The notes: generated from the letters alone by a model not told the origin. A DNA stretch of 31,647 nt from Patescibacteria group bacterium (GCA_022710085.1 JAKLHP010000001.1:1-31647); one strand, 5' to 3'. Counted from the stretch's first letter, positions 22,973 through 31,542 are shown. Translations and numbers: made by a program.

Positions 22973-24445
22973 TTATTTATCTAAATTTTTCTTAAGAAGT
23001 TCGGATGTTGTTTTCGGATTGGCTTTTCCTTTTGTTTCTTTCATTACTTGACCTATCAAAAACTGAAATGCGTTTTGTTTTCCATTTTTAAAATCCTCAA
23101 CTGATTTTTGGTTAGTATTCAAAATTTTATTAATGATATTTTCCAATTCGCCATCATCCTCCATCTGCAAAAGATTTTTTTCTTCAATTACTTGCGACGG
23201 ATCGCTGCCATTGCGATACATTTCCTGAAGAACCGCCTGGGCAGCACTAGAATTTATTTTTCCCGAAGCGACAAATCCGATAAATTCTGCATAATTTTCC
23301 GGGGTGACCTTAATATCCCGAATATTTTCATTATTTTGGACCAGATGCTTTCGAAGCTCAGTGATTATATAATTGGCAGAAAGTTTTATTATCTTGTCTT
23401 TGGAAATTTCAAATTCATGGGCGGTTATTTTTTCTCCAAGTTCACAGACCACTTTTTCAAAAAAGTCAGCCAGATCCTTTTCAGAGGTTAGAATTTCAAC
23501 ATCTTTTTCAGGCAGATTAAACTCCTTTTTAAATCTTTCAATTTTTTGGTCAGGAAGTTCCGGGAGATTGCTTCTAAGTTCCTTGACATACTGCTCCGTA
23601 AACTTGAAAGGGGGGGTATCCGGTTCGGGAAAATATCGATAATCGTGAGCTGATTCCTTGATTCTTTGACTTACTGTTGCATTGCGATTGCTGTCCCAGC
23701 CTCTCGTTTCCTGTGTAACCTTTTCTCCTTTTCCCAAAACTTCGGTCTGTCTTTCAATCTCATAATTTATCGCCTTTTCCACAAACTTGAATGAATTTAT
23801 ATTTTTAATCTCCACTTTCGTCCCGCTAAGTTTCTCTTCTCCTTTTTTATATAAAGAAATATTCACCTCGCAGCGCATATTTCCTTTTTCCATATCAGCA
23901 TCTGATATTCCAAGATAACGGAATACCTGTTGAAGTTTCTGGCAGAAAACTCTGGCTTCTTTTCCGTTTTCAATATCCGGTTCAGTGACCAACTCCATAA
24001 GCGGCACTCCTGCCCGATTGAAATCTACCAAAGTGTAATCCGTTCCTGTCGGATGAACTAATTTACCCGTATCTTCTTCGAGATGAATCCTAGTTATTCC
24101 AACTTCCTTTCCTTCTATCTTCAATCTTCCATTTTCACAAAAAGGCTTGTCATATTGGGAAATCTGATATCCCTTGGGAAGATCAGGATAAAAATAATTT
24201 TTGCGGTCAAATTTGGAATCAAGCTTAATCTCGCAATCAAGAGCTAGTCCCGCCAGCTGGACAAATTCAATTGCTTGTTTATTGGGATACGGAAGTGTTC
24301 CCGGCTGACCAGTACAAACCGGGCAGATATGGAGATTAGGTTCTCTTTCCTCCCCAAGTCCGTTTTTGCAATCGCAAAACATCTTAGACCTAGTTTTAAG
24401 TTCTGCGTGGATTTCCATTCCAATGACTGGTATGTATTTTGTCAT
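22973..24445 (-). CDS. gatB: Asp/Glu-tRNA amidotransferase subunit B
   Basis: IGMEIHAELKT, FDRKNYFYPDLPKGYQISQ, DFNRAGVPLMELVTEP, YRYFPEPD, GQVMKETKGKANP. Confidence 0.98.
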   Translation of the reverse strand: MTKYIPVIGMEIHAELKTRSKMFCDCKNGLGEEREPNLHICPVCTGQPGTLPYPNKQAIEFVQLAGLALDCEIKLDSKFDRKNYFYPDLPKGYQISQYDKPFCENGRLKIEGKEVGITRIHLEEDTGKLVHPTGTDYTLVDFNRAGVPLMELVTEPDIENGKEARVFCQKLQQVFRYLGISDADMEKGNMRCEVNISLYKKGEEKLSGTKVEIKNINSFKFVEKAINYEIERQTEVLGKGEKVTQETRGWDSNRNATVSQRIKESAHDYRYFPEPDTPPFKFTEQYVKELRSNLPELPDQKIERFKKEFNLPEKDVEILTSEKDLADFFEKVVCELGEKITAHEFEISKDKIIKLSANYIITELRKHLVQNNENIRDIKVTPENYAEFIGFVASGKINSSAAQAVLQEMYRNGSDPSQVIEEKNLLQMEDDGELENIINKILNTNQKSVEDFKNGKQNAFQFLIGQVMKETKGKANPKTTSELLKKNLDK

Positions 24446-24455
24446 AAATTTAATT

Positions 24456-24785
24456 TTATCTATTATCTCCGCTACCGTTTAATTTTCCTCTTTCCATCCG
24501 GCTATATAATTTTTCAATATTCTTTTCAGCTATTTCATCAAGGGAAATCCCGAGTTCTGTCGCTAATTGAGAAACGTACCATAAAACATCCCCCAATTCT
24601 TTTTTGATCGCCTCTCTGGTTTCACCATCAATAATTCCTCCTCTGTCTCGAATTACTTTTTTTATTTTTTCAGAAACTTCTCCAGCCTCACCAGAAAGCC
24701 CTAAGGTCGGATAAATAAAATTATTATCCTTGTTGGGATAAACTGCAGTCTTTCTCGATTTTTCCTGATATTCTTTAAATTCCAT
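24456..24785 (-). CDS. MazG-like nucleoside triphosphate pyrophosphohydrolase
   Basis: LGLSGEAGEVSEKIKK and KELGDVLWY motifs. Confidence 0.88.
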   Translation of the reverse strand: MEFKEYQEKSRKTAVYPNKDNNFIYPTLGLSGEAGEVSEKIKKVIRDRGGIIDGETREAIKKELGDVLWYVSQLATELGISLDEIAEKNIEKLYSRMERGKLNGSGDNR

Positions 24786-24806
24786 AGAATAATACTACAA
24801 AAAAAA

Positions 24807-25427
24807 TTATAATAATTCTTCCTTTACGATTTTTCTGATGTCATTTTGAACTTTATTTATCGTTTGATTAGCACTCACAATATTCCACTTGTGCAATCTT
24901 GCCAGCAAGAAATGAAAATTTTTACAGATTTTTATCCGATCGGAATCCATTTCGTTTCGATGATCTTTCTCAATCGCAGTCACGAATCTGTCTCCATGCA
25001 TAAGTATTGACAAGTCGGCTTGAAATAATTTTTCATTTATTTTTTCCAGATATTTTAAATCTCCTCCCCAAGTAAGTCCCCAAGCAATTCCGGTTCCGAT
25101 ATAATCTTCTGCCACAATCCATTCTCCGTTACTCAATCTCTTTTTTAGTTCTTTTTCATATCTTTTCCTATTATCGGAGTATTTTTTCTGAAGTTCATGG
25201 GTGGAAAGCTCGTTTTTGACTCGAAACTTCGGATCACGGAGATATTTATAAATAAAAGGGCCTTCTGGCTTAAGATCATAAACCGGATATTTGAGACGAC
25301 TGGCGTTTTTTCCTTGAGCCTGGAGATATGCCACCAATCTCTCAGTTTGGGCCGTCTTTCCGATTCCGTTAGTTCCATAAATAGCAATAAATTTTCCCCG
25401 CCTATCGGCAGGCAAGCTCTTTTTCAT
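24807..25427 (-). CDS. tmk: Thymidylate kinase-like protein (divergent)
   Basis: GKFIAIYGTNGIGKT P-loop at the Tmk position and thyX-adjacent context; DRY motif replaced by EDY. Confidence 0.65.
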   Translation of the reverse strand: MKKSLPADRRGKFIAIYGTNGIGKTAQTERLVAYLQAQGKNASRLKYPVYDLKPEGPFIYKYLRDPKFRVKNELSTHELQKKYSDNRKRYEKELKKRLSNGEWIVAEDYIGTGIAWGLTWGGDLKYLEKINEKLFQADLSILMHGDRFVTAIEKDHRNEMDSDRIKICKNFHFLLARLHKWNIVSANQTINKVQNDIRKIVKEELL

Positions 25428-25471
25428 ATTTTTAATCTTAGCATATTAGAAAAAAATTTGAAAAGGACAGC

Positions 25472-25510
25472 AAAAAGAGCTGCCTATCTTTCTGGAATAG
25501 CAGCTCTTTT
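25472..25510. terminator. Terminator after thyX
   Basis: AAAAGAGCTGC...GCAGCTCTTTT inverted repeat. Confidence 0.85.
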
Positions 25511-25513
25511 AAA

Positions 25514-26815
25514 TTAAACTTGGTCTTTTTTTTCAGTAATATCCTGAAGCCCGCGTCTTATATCCCAATCATCAAGGTCTAAATCCGAATGAAGAACCAG
25601 GCCGGGAAACATTTCTAAAAGCGAACGATGCATCTGGTGAGCAACCTTTCGAAGAGTAGGATGAACCGCTTTTCCACTTCGAAGCTCAACCACATAAACA
25701 GTTGCCGGAAGTCCGTAGGAAATCTTGCAAGGCACGTTGAATCCAAGAGCAATATAATACTGAAGGTATTTTGGCTCTAGATCTAATTTTCCGATTTTTT
25801 CTGCTTGGTCTTCAATTAATTTTTCAGCTTCAGTCCTCAATCCATTTGGCAGCTGTTCAAGATACCAAGAATTAAATCCGAATCTAGTGGTAAGCAACGG
25901 CATTCGACAAACTCCGTTTCTATGCCTTTGAATATCCCTGAAAGATCCAAAGTCCAGCAAGAATTCAAAAGTTACTGTTCCAAGTTCTGAAAGAAAATGA
26001 GGCAAATTAGTTTTGACTGGCCGCCAGAAAATTATATCTTTATATTTGTTAAGTTCCTTATTATTAATATCAGAATGATTTCTGAATCTTGGATGATTTT
26101 CCGGATCAAAATAATTATAGCTCTGCATGGAATATTCTCGATATTTTTCCTGTTCGGGATAAAGTTCATGACTAAAACTGTGAGCATATTTTTCTTTGAG
26201 CTTTAAAAGCATTTCTTCAGCCAGGGTCGATACTTCTTCAACCGGATGATGTCTAAGGATAGAAAGCTTATCCCAAGCCTGCCGAAGATTAGTATGCCAG
26301 CTGAGCTGAGTCGTAATTCCTGCCGGCAAAAATCCTCTCATAATATCAAAAGTTCTGGCTTTGATGGCTTTTTCATAAACTCCTTCGTCTTCATCGGGAC
26401 GTTTTGGATATTTTTCCTTAAGATGCTCTTGAACAGCTTTTTGGTTTCCAACATAAAAATTCATCCAATTTCTCAAAATCTCTCTAGAGTCTTCGGTCAT
26501 CAAGGGATCGATTATCGGTTGCTTGGACATGTCGATATACCTGGTACTGGTTTCCTGCCCGGAATAAAGAGGCCAGTCCTGGATGGCCTTATCTGCCAAA
26601 GTGCTAATTCCTTCAATAAAAAGAGTGGTACTTCCACAATCCGCAATGCTGGAGTGTCCGTAACCGACATAAAATCTCTCCATAAATTTTCCGGATCCGG
26701 TTTCTTTTACCTTATTTACGTGTTCCTCAACACTGGAAGCGCTCCTTGAATAAAGCGCCTGAAGCATCGCTGTATCTTGCGGATTAAACTCATCGTAGAC
26801 AAATATCTTGGACAT
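25514..26815 (-). CDS. thyX: FAD-dependent thymidylate synthase, tandem two-domain form (likely start MSKIF at 26815)
   Basis: GHSSIAD, QETSTRY, FDIMRGFLPAG in the N half; FRDIQRHR, ELRSGKAVHPTLR in the C half. Confidence 0.85.
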   Translation of the reverse strand: MSKIFVYDEFNPQDTAMLQALYSRSASSVEEHVNKVKETGSGKFMERFYVGYGHSSIADCGSTTLFIEGISTLADKAIQDWPLYSGQETSTRYIDMSKQPIIDPLMTEDSREILRNWMNFYVGNQKAVQEHLKEKYPKRPDEDEGVYEKAIKARTFDIMRGFLPAGITTQLSWHTNLRQAWDKLSILRHHPVEEVSTLAEEMLLKLKEKYAHSFSHELYPEQEKYREYSMQSYNYFDPENHPRFRNHSDINNKELNKYKDIIFWRPVKTNLPHFLSELGTVTFEFLLDFGSFRDIQRHRNGVCRMPLLTTRFGFNSWYLEQLPNGLRTEAEKLIEDQAEKIGKLDLEPKYLQYYIALGFNVPCKISYGLPATVYVVELRSGKAVHPTLRKVAHQMHRSLLEMFPGLVLHSDLDLDDWDIRRGLQDITEKKDQV

Positions 26816-26858
26816 ATTATTAAAGAAAATCATCCTCCTCAAGATTTATTTATAGTAT

Positions 26859-27413
26859 TTAATTTATACAGCTTGATATTATTTTGTCAATTTGTTCATG
26901 AAGATGATTGAAGTCTACGTTATTGTCAATCACAAAGTCAGCATAATTTTTGAGATCATTGATCTGAAGTTCGGTTTCCAAATTATGTTCTTCTACAAAT
27001 TTTTCAAAAGTTTTGCCATTATCATCCGTATTTTCTCCTCGCTTAATGATTCTTTCATAACACACCTTGATATCTGTATCAATATAAATAAATTTAAACT
27101 CCGGAATTTTTTTGAGGTATTCGATGTCCGCCAATCTCCTGATTCCATCAATTATAATCACTTCGCTTTCATCTTTCTTGACATCTTCTGCCATTACTTT
27201 GGCAAAAAGATCTTCGCCAAAATTTTGTCGGAGTATCGTTGAAATATTGGCAACGTTTTCTCTTGTTTGTTCAATATACAACCGATCAAGAACATCCCGC
27301 AGCATCGTAGAAAAACGATAAGAACTAGCTTTATACTTTTCTTCAATGTGTCTTGCCGCTGTCCCTTTTCCGCATGCCATTTCACCAGCAAGTCCGATAA
27401 TAATTTTGTGCAT
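26859..27413 (-). CDS. P-loop nucleotide monophosphate kinase / dephospho-CoA-kinase-like protein
   Basis: GLAGEMACGKGT, IIIDGIRR, ADFVIDNN. Confidence 0.75.
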   Translation of the reverse strand: MHKIIIGLAGEMACGKGTAARHIEEKYKASSYRFSTMLRDVLDRLYIEQTRENVANISTILRQNFGEDLFAKVMAEDVKKDESEVIIIDGIRRLADIEYLKKIPEFKFIYIDTDIKVCYERIIKRGENTDDNGKTFEKFVEEHNLETELQINDLKNYADFVIDNNVDFNHLHEQIDKIISSCIN

Positions 27414-27435
27414 TTGTTGTTTTATTTTTTAATAA

Positions 27436-27966
27436 TTACATGTCCTTATATTTTTGCATTTTATTATTCACTAATTCGTATTTAACTCCGGCTTCTCTGA
27501 ATATTTCCTTACTTCTTTCTCCGGCATGATAATCCATATTGCAAACTACCCTTTTTATTCCGGAATTAATAATAATCTTGGCGCAAACATAACAAGGAGT
27601 CATATGGCAATATAAAGTGGCTCCATCCAATGCTAATCCGAATCGAGCCGCATTGGCAATTGCATTTTGCTCTGCATGAGTAGTACGGATACAATGACGC
27701 GTCTTGCCTCCATCTTCATGAATAACCGTATGCATCTCATGGCCAATTTCATCACAATGAGCTGTTCCCATAGGAGAACCGATATATCCAGTTGATAAAA
27801 TCCTTTTATCCTTTGCAATAACACACCCCGATCTGCTTCTATCGCAAGTCCCTCTGCTTCCTGTAAGCTCCGCAATTTCCAAAAAATATTCATCCCAGGA
27901 TGGCCTTACGTATCTTTTGACTTTATTTTTATTGATTTTAGTTTTTCCCCTTACTATTTTCTTCAT
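27436..27966 (-). CDS. dCMP deaminase family protein
   Basis: RPSWDEYF, HAEQNAI, PCYVCAK Zn motifs. Confidence 0.92.
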   Translation of the reverse strand: MKKIVRGKTKINKNKVKRYVRPSWDEYFLEIAELTGSRGTCDRSRSGCVIAKDKRILSTGYIGSPMGTAHCDEIGHEMHTVIHEDGGKTRHCIRTTHAEQNAIANAARFGLALDGATLYCHMTPCYVCAKIIINSGIKRVVCNMDYHAGERSKEIFREAGVKYELVNNKMQKYKDM

Positions 27967-27987
27967 ATTTTTTAGTCCCCTAAAAAA

Positions 27988-29232
27988 TTATTTCATTCCC
28001 TTATAAATTGGAAATTTTTTGCAAAGTTTGATAACTTCGCTGTGAATTTTTTTCAGATATTTTTCGTCTTTATAGTTTCCAATCACGTCATTGATCCATT
28101 TGCAAATCATTTTAACTTCCTTTTCTTTCATCCCGCGAGTAGTGATAGCCGGCATTCCAATACGAACCCCGCTCGGATCAAATGGACTTCTGGGATCATC
28201 TGGGATCATATTTTTATTAAGGGTTATTCCGACCTTGTCCAGTGCTACCTCGGCTTCTTTTCCAGTTACACCTTTCGATCCGAAAACATCCACCAAAACC
28301 ATATGATTATCCGTTCCACCAAACATCAATTTAAATCCGTATTTTTTAAGTTCTTGTTCCAAAACCTTGGCATTTTTAAGTATTTGTTTGGCATACACTC
28401 TAAAGGATGGTTTTAAAGCTTCTCCGAAAGCCACGGCTTTGGCCGCAATATTATTCATATGCGGTCCGCCTTGAAATCCGGGAAATGCCGCTTTATCAAT
28501 TGCTTTGGCGTATTTTTCTTTACACATAATCATTCCTCCTCGCGGTCCGCGAAGAGTTTTATGAGTAGTTGTCGTCACAATATCGAAGTATGGAACTGGG
28601 TTCGAAAGAGCTTTTCCGGCAATCAAGCCTGCAATGTGAGCAATATCAATCATGGTAATTGCTCCCACCTTTTTGGCAATTTCCTGGAATTTTTTGTAAT
28701 CCAGTTGTCTGGTGTAAGCGGAAAATCCAGCCAGAATCATTTGGGGTTTTTCTTTAATTGCCATTTTTTCCAGTTCTTTATAATCTATTTTCCCATCCTT
28801 TCCAGTTTTATATCGAATAAATTTATAAATCTGGGCGGAAAGCGTAACTGGATGACCGTGAGTAAGATGTCCTCCATGAGAAAGATCCATTCCCAGAATT
28901 TTGTCTCCTGGCTTGAGCACTGCGCTATAGGCAATCATATTGGCCGGAGCTCCGGAAAGAGGTTGCACATTGACGTGTTCGGCTCCGAAGAGTTTCTTTG
29001 CCCGTTCGATAGCCAGTTTTTCCACTTTATCAGTATAAGTCTGTCCTCCATAATAACGGCGTCCCGGATAACCTTCAGAATATTTATTAGTAAAAACCGA
29101 CCCTAAAGCTTCTAAAACCGCCTCAGAAACATAATTTTCTGATGCAATGAGTTCCATTCCTTCTTGCTGACGTTTAATTTCTCCAAGTATCGATTTATAA
29201 ACTTCTTTATCTTGTTTTTTTATATTTTTCAT
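27988..29232 (-). CDS. glyA: Serine hydroxymethyltransferase
   Basis: LIASENY, NKYSEGYPGRRYYGG, HGGHLTHG, TTTTHKTLRGPRGG. Confidence 0.98.
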   Translation of the reverse strand: MKNIKKQDKEVYKSILGEIKRQQEGMELIASENYVSEAVLEALGSVFTNKYSEGYPGRRYYGGQTYTDKVEKLAIERAKKLFGAEHVNVQPLSGAPANMIAYSAVLKPGDKILGMDLSHGGHLTHGHPVTLSAQIYKFIRYKTGKDGKIDYKELEKMAIKEKPQMILAGFSAYTRQLDYKKFQEIAKKVGAITMIDIAHIAGLIAGKALSNPVPYFDIVTTTTHKTLRGPRGGMIMCKEKYAKAIDKAAFPGFQGGPHMNNIAAKAVAFGEALKPSFRVYAKQILKNAKVLEQELKKYGFKLMFGGTDNHMVLVDVFGSKGVTGKEAEVALDKVGITLNKNMIPDDPRSPFDPSGVRIGMPAITTRGMKEKEVKMICKWINDVIGNYKDEKYLKKIHSEVIKLCKKFPIYKGMK

Positions 29233-29261
29233 AAAAAGAGATTAGGATTAAGCGCTCTTTT

Positions 29262-29290
29262 ATTCTATTATTTTTCCTTTTTAAAGTCAA
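29262..29290 (-). promoter_or_regulatory. Promoter of the glyA-thyX operon
   Basis: TTGACT, 17 nt, TAGAAT. Confidence 0.7.
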
Positions 29291-29318
29291 AAAAAGCGCC
29301 CTCTAGGCGCTTTTTTAA
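29289..29318. terminator. Terminator after rplA
   Basis: AAAAAAGCGCC-CTCTA-GGCGCTTTTTT. Confidence 0.85.
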
Positions 29319-29323
29319 AAAAA

Positions 29324-30004
29324 TTATCCAAATATTATTTTCATTCCCGGCCCCATCGTCGAACAGATAGATACGGAAATTATGTATTTTCCTTTCGCTA
29401 CCTGAGGCTTAGCTTTCTGAAGGGATCCGAGAAATGCTTCAATATTTTCTTTGAGCTTATTTTCATCAAAAGAAACTTTTCCAACCAGCTGATGAACATT
29501 AGCCCCATCATCATTTTTAAAACTTACTTTTCCTTTTTTAAGCATTTCTACAGTTTCTTTTATTTTTTCAGTAACAGTCTCGGTTTTCGGACTTGGCATA
29601 AGGCCGCGCGGACCAAGAATTTTGGCTACCTGAGCAAGCTTCGGCATCATTTCCGGAGTAGCTACCAGGATATCAAATTGAGAAATTTTATTATTTTTAA
29701 TCTTTTCAATCATCTCTTCTCCACCAACAATATCCGCTCCAGCATCCTTAGCTTCTTTGACCTTTGTTGAAGTTATAACTGCCACTTTTTTGGTTTTTCC
29801 GGTTCCGTGAGGAAGTACAACTGCTCCTCGAACCTGCTGTTCACCTTTCTTGGGATCAATTGAGAGCTTTACGTGAATTTCCACTGATTCATCAAATTTA
29901 GCAATTTTATTTTCCTTGATTACCTTTATGGCTTCCTCGATGGAATATTTTTTGTCTTTTTCAATCTTCTCAAAAACCTTCTTATATTTTTTACTTCTAA
30001 ACAT
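29324..30004 (-). CDS. rplA: 50S ribosomal protein L1 (likely start MFRSKK at 30004)
   Basis: KFDESVEIHVKL, VRGAVVLPHGTGK, LGPRGLMPSPK, STMGPG. Confidence 0.97.
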   Translation of the reverse strand: MFRSKKYKKVFEKIEKDKKYSIEEAIKVIKENKIAKFDESVEIHVKLSIDPKKGEQQVRGAVVLPHGTGKTKKVAVITSTKVKEAKDAGADIVGGEEMIEKIKNNKISQFDILVATPEMMPKLAQVAKILGPRGLMPSPKTETVTEKIKETVEMLKKGKVSFKNDDGANVHQLVGKVSFDENKLKENIEAFLGSLQKAKPQVAKGKYIISVSICSTMGPGMKIIFG

Positions 30005-30012
30005 AATTTTAC

Positions 30013-30055
30013 GTGGTGCGAATGAATTACGCAATTAGATAAGTAATTCTCCCAC
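30013..30055 (-). promoter_or_regulatory. Probable L1-binding autoregulatory site upstream of rplA
   Basis: GTGGGAG-AATTAC...GTAATT-CATTCGCA-CCAC, mimicking the GUGGGAG...ACCAC L1 site of 23S rRNA. Confidence 0.6.
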
Positions 30056-30088
30056 TGAAATAATAATTAATTTAAAATGATTTTGAAA

Positions 30089-30511
30089 TTACTCGACTTT
30101 AATGCCCATGCTTCTTGCTGTCCCTTCAATAATTTTCATTGCCTGATCGACATCGTTGGCATTCAAATCCTCCATCTTGGTTTCAGCAATTTGTTTGGCT
30201 TGCTCCTTGGTTATTTTTCCCACTTTGTTTTTAAGCGGATTTCCTGATCCTTTTTCAACTTTAGCCGCTTTTTTGATAAGTTCGGCTGCTGGGGAAGTTT
30301 TCATGATAAAATCAAAAGTTCGGTCTTCAAAAACGGTTATTTCCACTGGGATAATGTCACCATTTTTATCCTGAGTAGCAGCATTAAAGCGGGTGCAAAA
30401 ATCCTGGATATTCAATCCGTGCTGTCCGAGTGCCGGACCGACTGGAGGAGCTGGATTGGCTCTGCCTCCTGGTATTTGTAATTTGATAATAGTTTTAATT
30501 TTCTTTGCCAT
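30089..30511 (-). CDS. rplK: 50S ribosomal protein L11
   Basis: [38 protein letters not shown]. Confidence 0.98.
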   Translation of the reverse strand: MAKKIKTIIKLQIPGGRANPAPPVGPALGQHGLNIQDFCTRFNAATQDKNGDIIPVEITVFEDRTFDFIMKTSPAAELIKKAAKVEKGSGNPLKNKVGKITKEQAKQIAETKMEDLNANDVDQAMKIIEGTARSMGIKVE

Positions 30512-30523
30512 TTTTCCTTCAAG

Positions 30524-30560
30524 TGGAACGAGAAGCTGAAAAAACGAGCACCCCGTACCA
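30524..30560 (-). promoter_or_regulatory. 37-nt leader hairpin, copy 1 (before rplK)
   Basis: TGGTACGGGGTGCTCGTTTTTTCAGCTTCTCGTTCCA, ends 12 nt before ATG. Confidence 0.65.
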
Positions 30561-30672
30561 ATTCTTTAATTTAACTGATAAAATGTTAGCTGACTAACCC
30601 ACTAGATGATTCCGAGAAGCAAACTATGTTTTTATAAAACAGTTTCGAAATCAATGCGGGACAGGTCTGCCA

Positions 30673-31218
30673 TTAAATTTTCCTTATCTGCAAAAAGTCT
30701 AATTCTACCGGCGTTTCCCTGCCGAAAACAGAAATCAGAACTTTTACTTTTCCTTTTTCCTCATTTGTTTCCTGAACTTTTCCGTCAAAATCCTTAAATG
30801 GACCGTCATTAATCTTAACCGCATCTCCCTCCTGAACATCAATCTTGTATTTTGGTTCAGCCACTCCCATCCTTTTCTTTAAAGCTTCAATCTCTCTGGG
30901 ATCAACTGGAGTCGGAGTGGTTCCAAGACCGATAAATCCCGTCACGTTAGGAGTATTTCGAACAACATACCAGGAGGCATCGGTCACGATCATTTCCACA
31001 AGAACATATCCAGGATAGATTCTTTCTTCCACCACCAATCTTTTTCCTGCTTTGATCTTAATTTTCTTTTCTTTAGGAACCATCGCATCAAAAATCAAGT
31101 CCTGCATATCCATTGATTCAATCCTTTGCTTGAGATTTCGAGCTACATTGTCTTCATAACCGGAATAAGTATGAAGGACATACCAGGCTCGTCCATGATG
31201 TTGTGTTTGCTTCGCCAT
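30673..31218 (-). CDS. nusG: Transcription termination/antitermination factor NusG
   Basis: WYVLHTYSGYE, YPGYVLVEM, VRNTPNVTGF, KOW motif GPFKDFDG, VFGRETPVEL. Confidence 0.98.
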   Translation of the reverse strand: MAKQTQHHGRAWYVLHTYSGYEDNVARNLKQRIESMDMQDLIFDAMVPKEKKIKIKAGKRLVVEERIYPGYVLVEMIVTDASWYVVRNTPNVTGFIGLGTTPTPVDPREIEALKKRMGVAEPKYKIDVQEGDAVKINDGPFKDFDGKVQETNEEKGKVKVLISVFGRETPVELDFLQIRKI

Positions 31219-31231
31219 TTTTGTCTTCGAA

Positions 31232-31268
31232 TGGAACGAAAAGCTACAAAAATGAGCGTCTCGTACCA
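31232..31268 (-). promoter_or_regulatory. 37-nt leader hairpin, copy 2 (before nusG)
   Basis: TGGTACGAGACGCTCATTTTTGTAGCTTTTCGTTCCA, ends 13 nt before ATG; 30/37 identical to copy 1. Confidence 0.65.
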
Positions 31269-31284
31269 GTTCCGTGTTTAAACT

Positions 31285-31467
31285 TTATTTTATAAGCCCT
31301 TTCAGAATCTGGCTAAAAATGTAGTCCAGGCTCCCCAAAAAAGCAGCTACAGAAAGGCTTAAACCAATTACAATTAATGTGTAATTTACAGTTTGTTTTT
31401 TTGAAGGCCAGTTGACCTTGGTCATTTCAACCTTGGCTTCCTTGAAAAATGTAACGATATTGTTCAT
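31285..31467 (-). CDS. secE: Preprotein translocase subunit SecE
   Basis: EMTKVNWPSKKQ followed by one transmembrane helix; upstream of nusG. Confidence 0.95.
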   Translation of the reverse strand: MNNIVTFFKEAKVEMTKVNWPSKKQTVNYTLIVIGLSLSVAAFLGSLDYIFSQILKGLIK

Positions 31468-31513
31468 AATTTTGAGTTTTTTAAAAAGCCCTTGGGGCTT
31501 TTATTACCTTTTT

Positions 31514-31542
31514 ATACTACTACTAAATAATTTTTTTGTCAA
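31514..31542 (-). promoter_or_regulatory. Promoter of secE-nusG-rplK-rplA
   Basis: TTGACA, 17 nt, TAGTAT. Confidence 0.75.

Noticed and set aside
30005-30034. N-terminal extension of L1 (MRNSFAPRKI) in the ORF track
   Set aside because: It overlaps the probable L1-binding RNA site; MFRSKK at 30004 matches the usual L1 start.
3767-30797. Many 60-165 aa ORFs antisense or off-frame to murD, deacylase, dnaE, thrS, miaAB, gatB, thyX, glyA, rpl genes
   Set aside because: They fully overlap well-supported genes, are F/S/I/L-rich as expected from the reverse strand of AT-rich genes, and have no SD or motifs.
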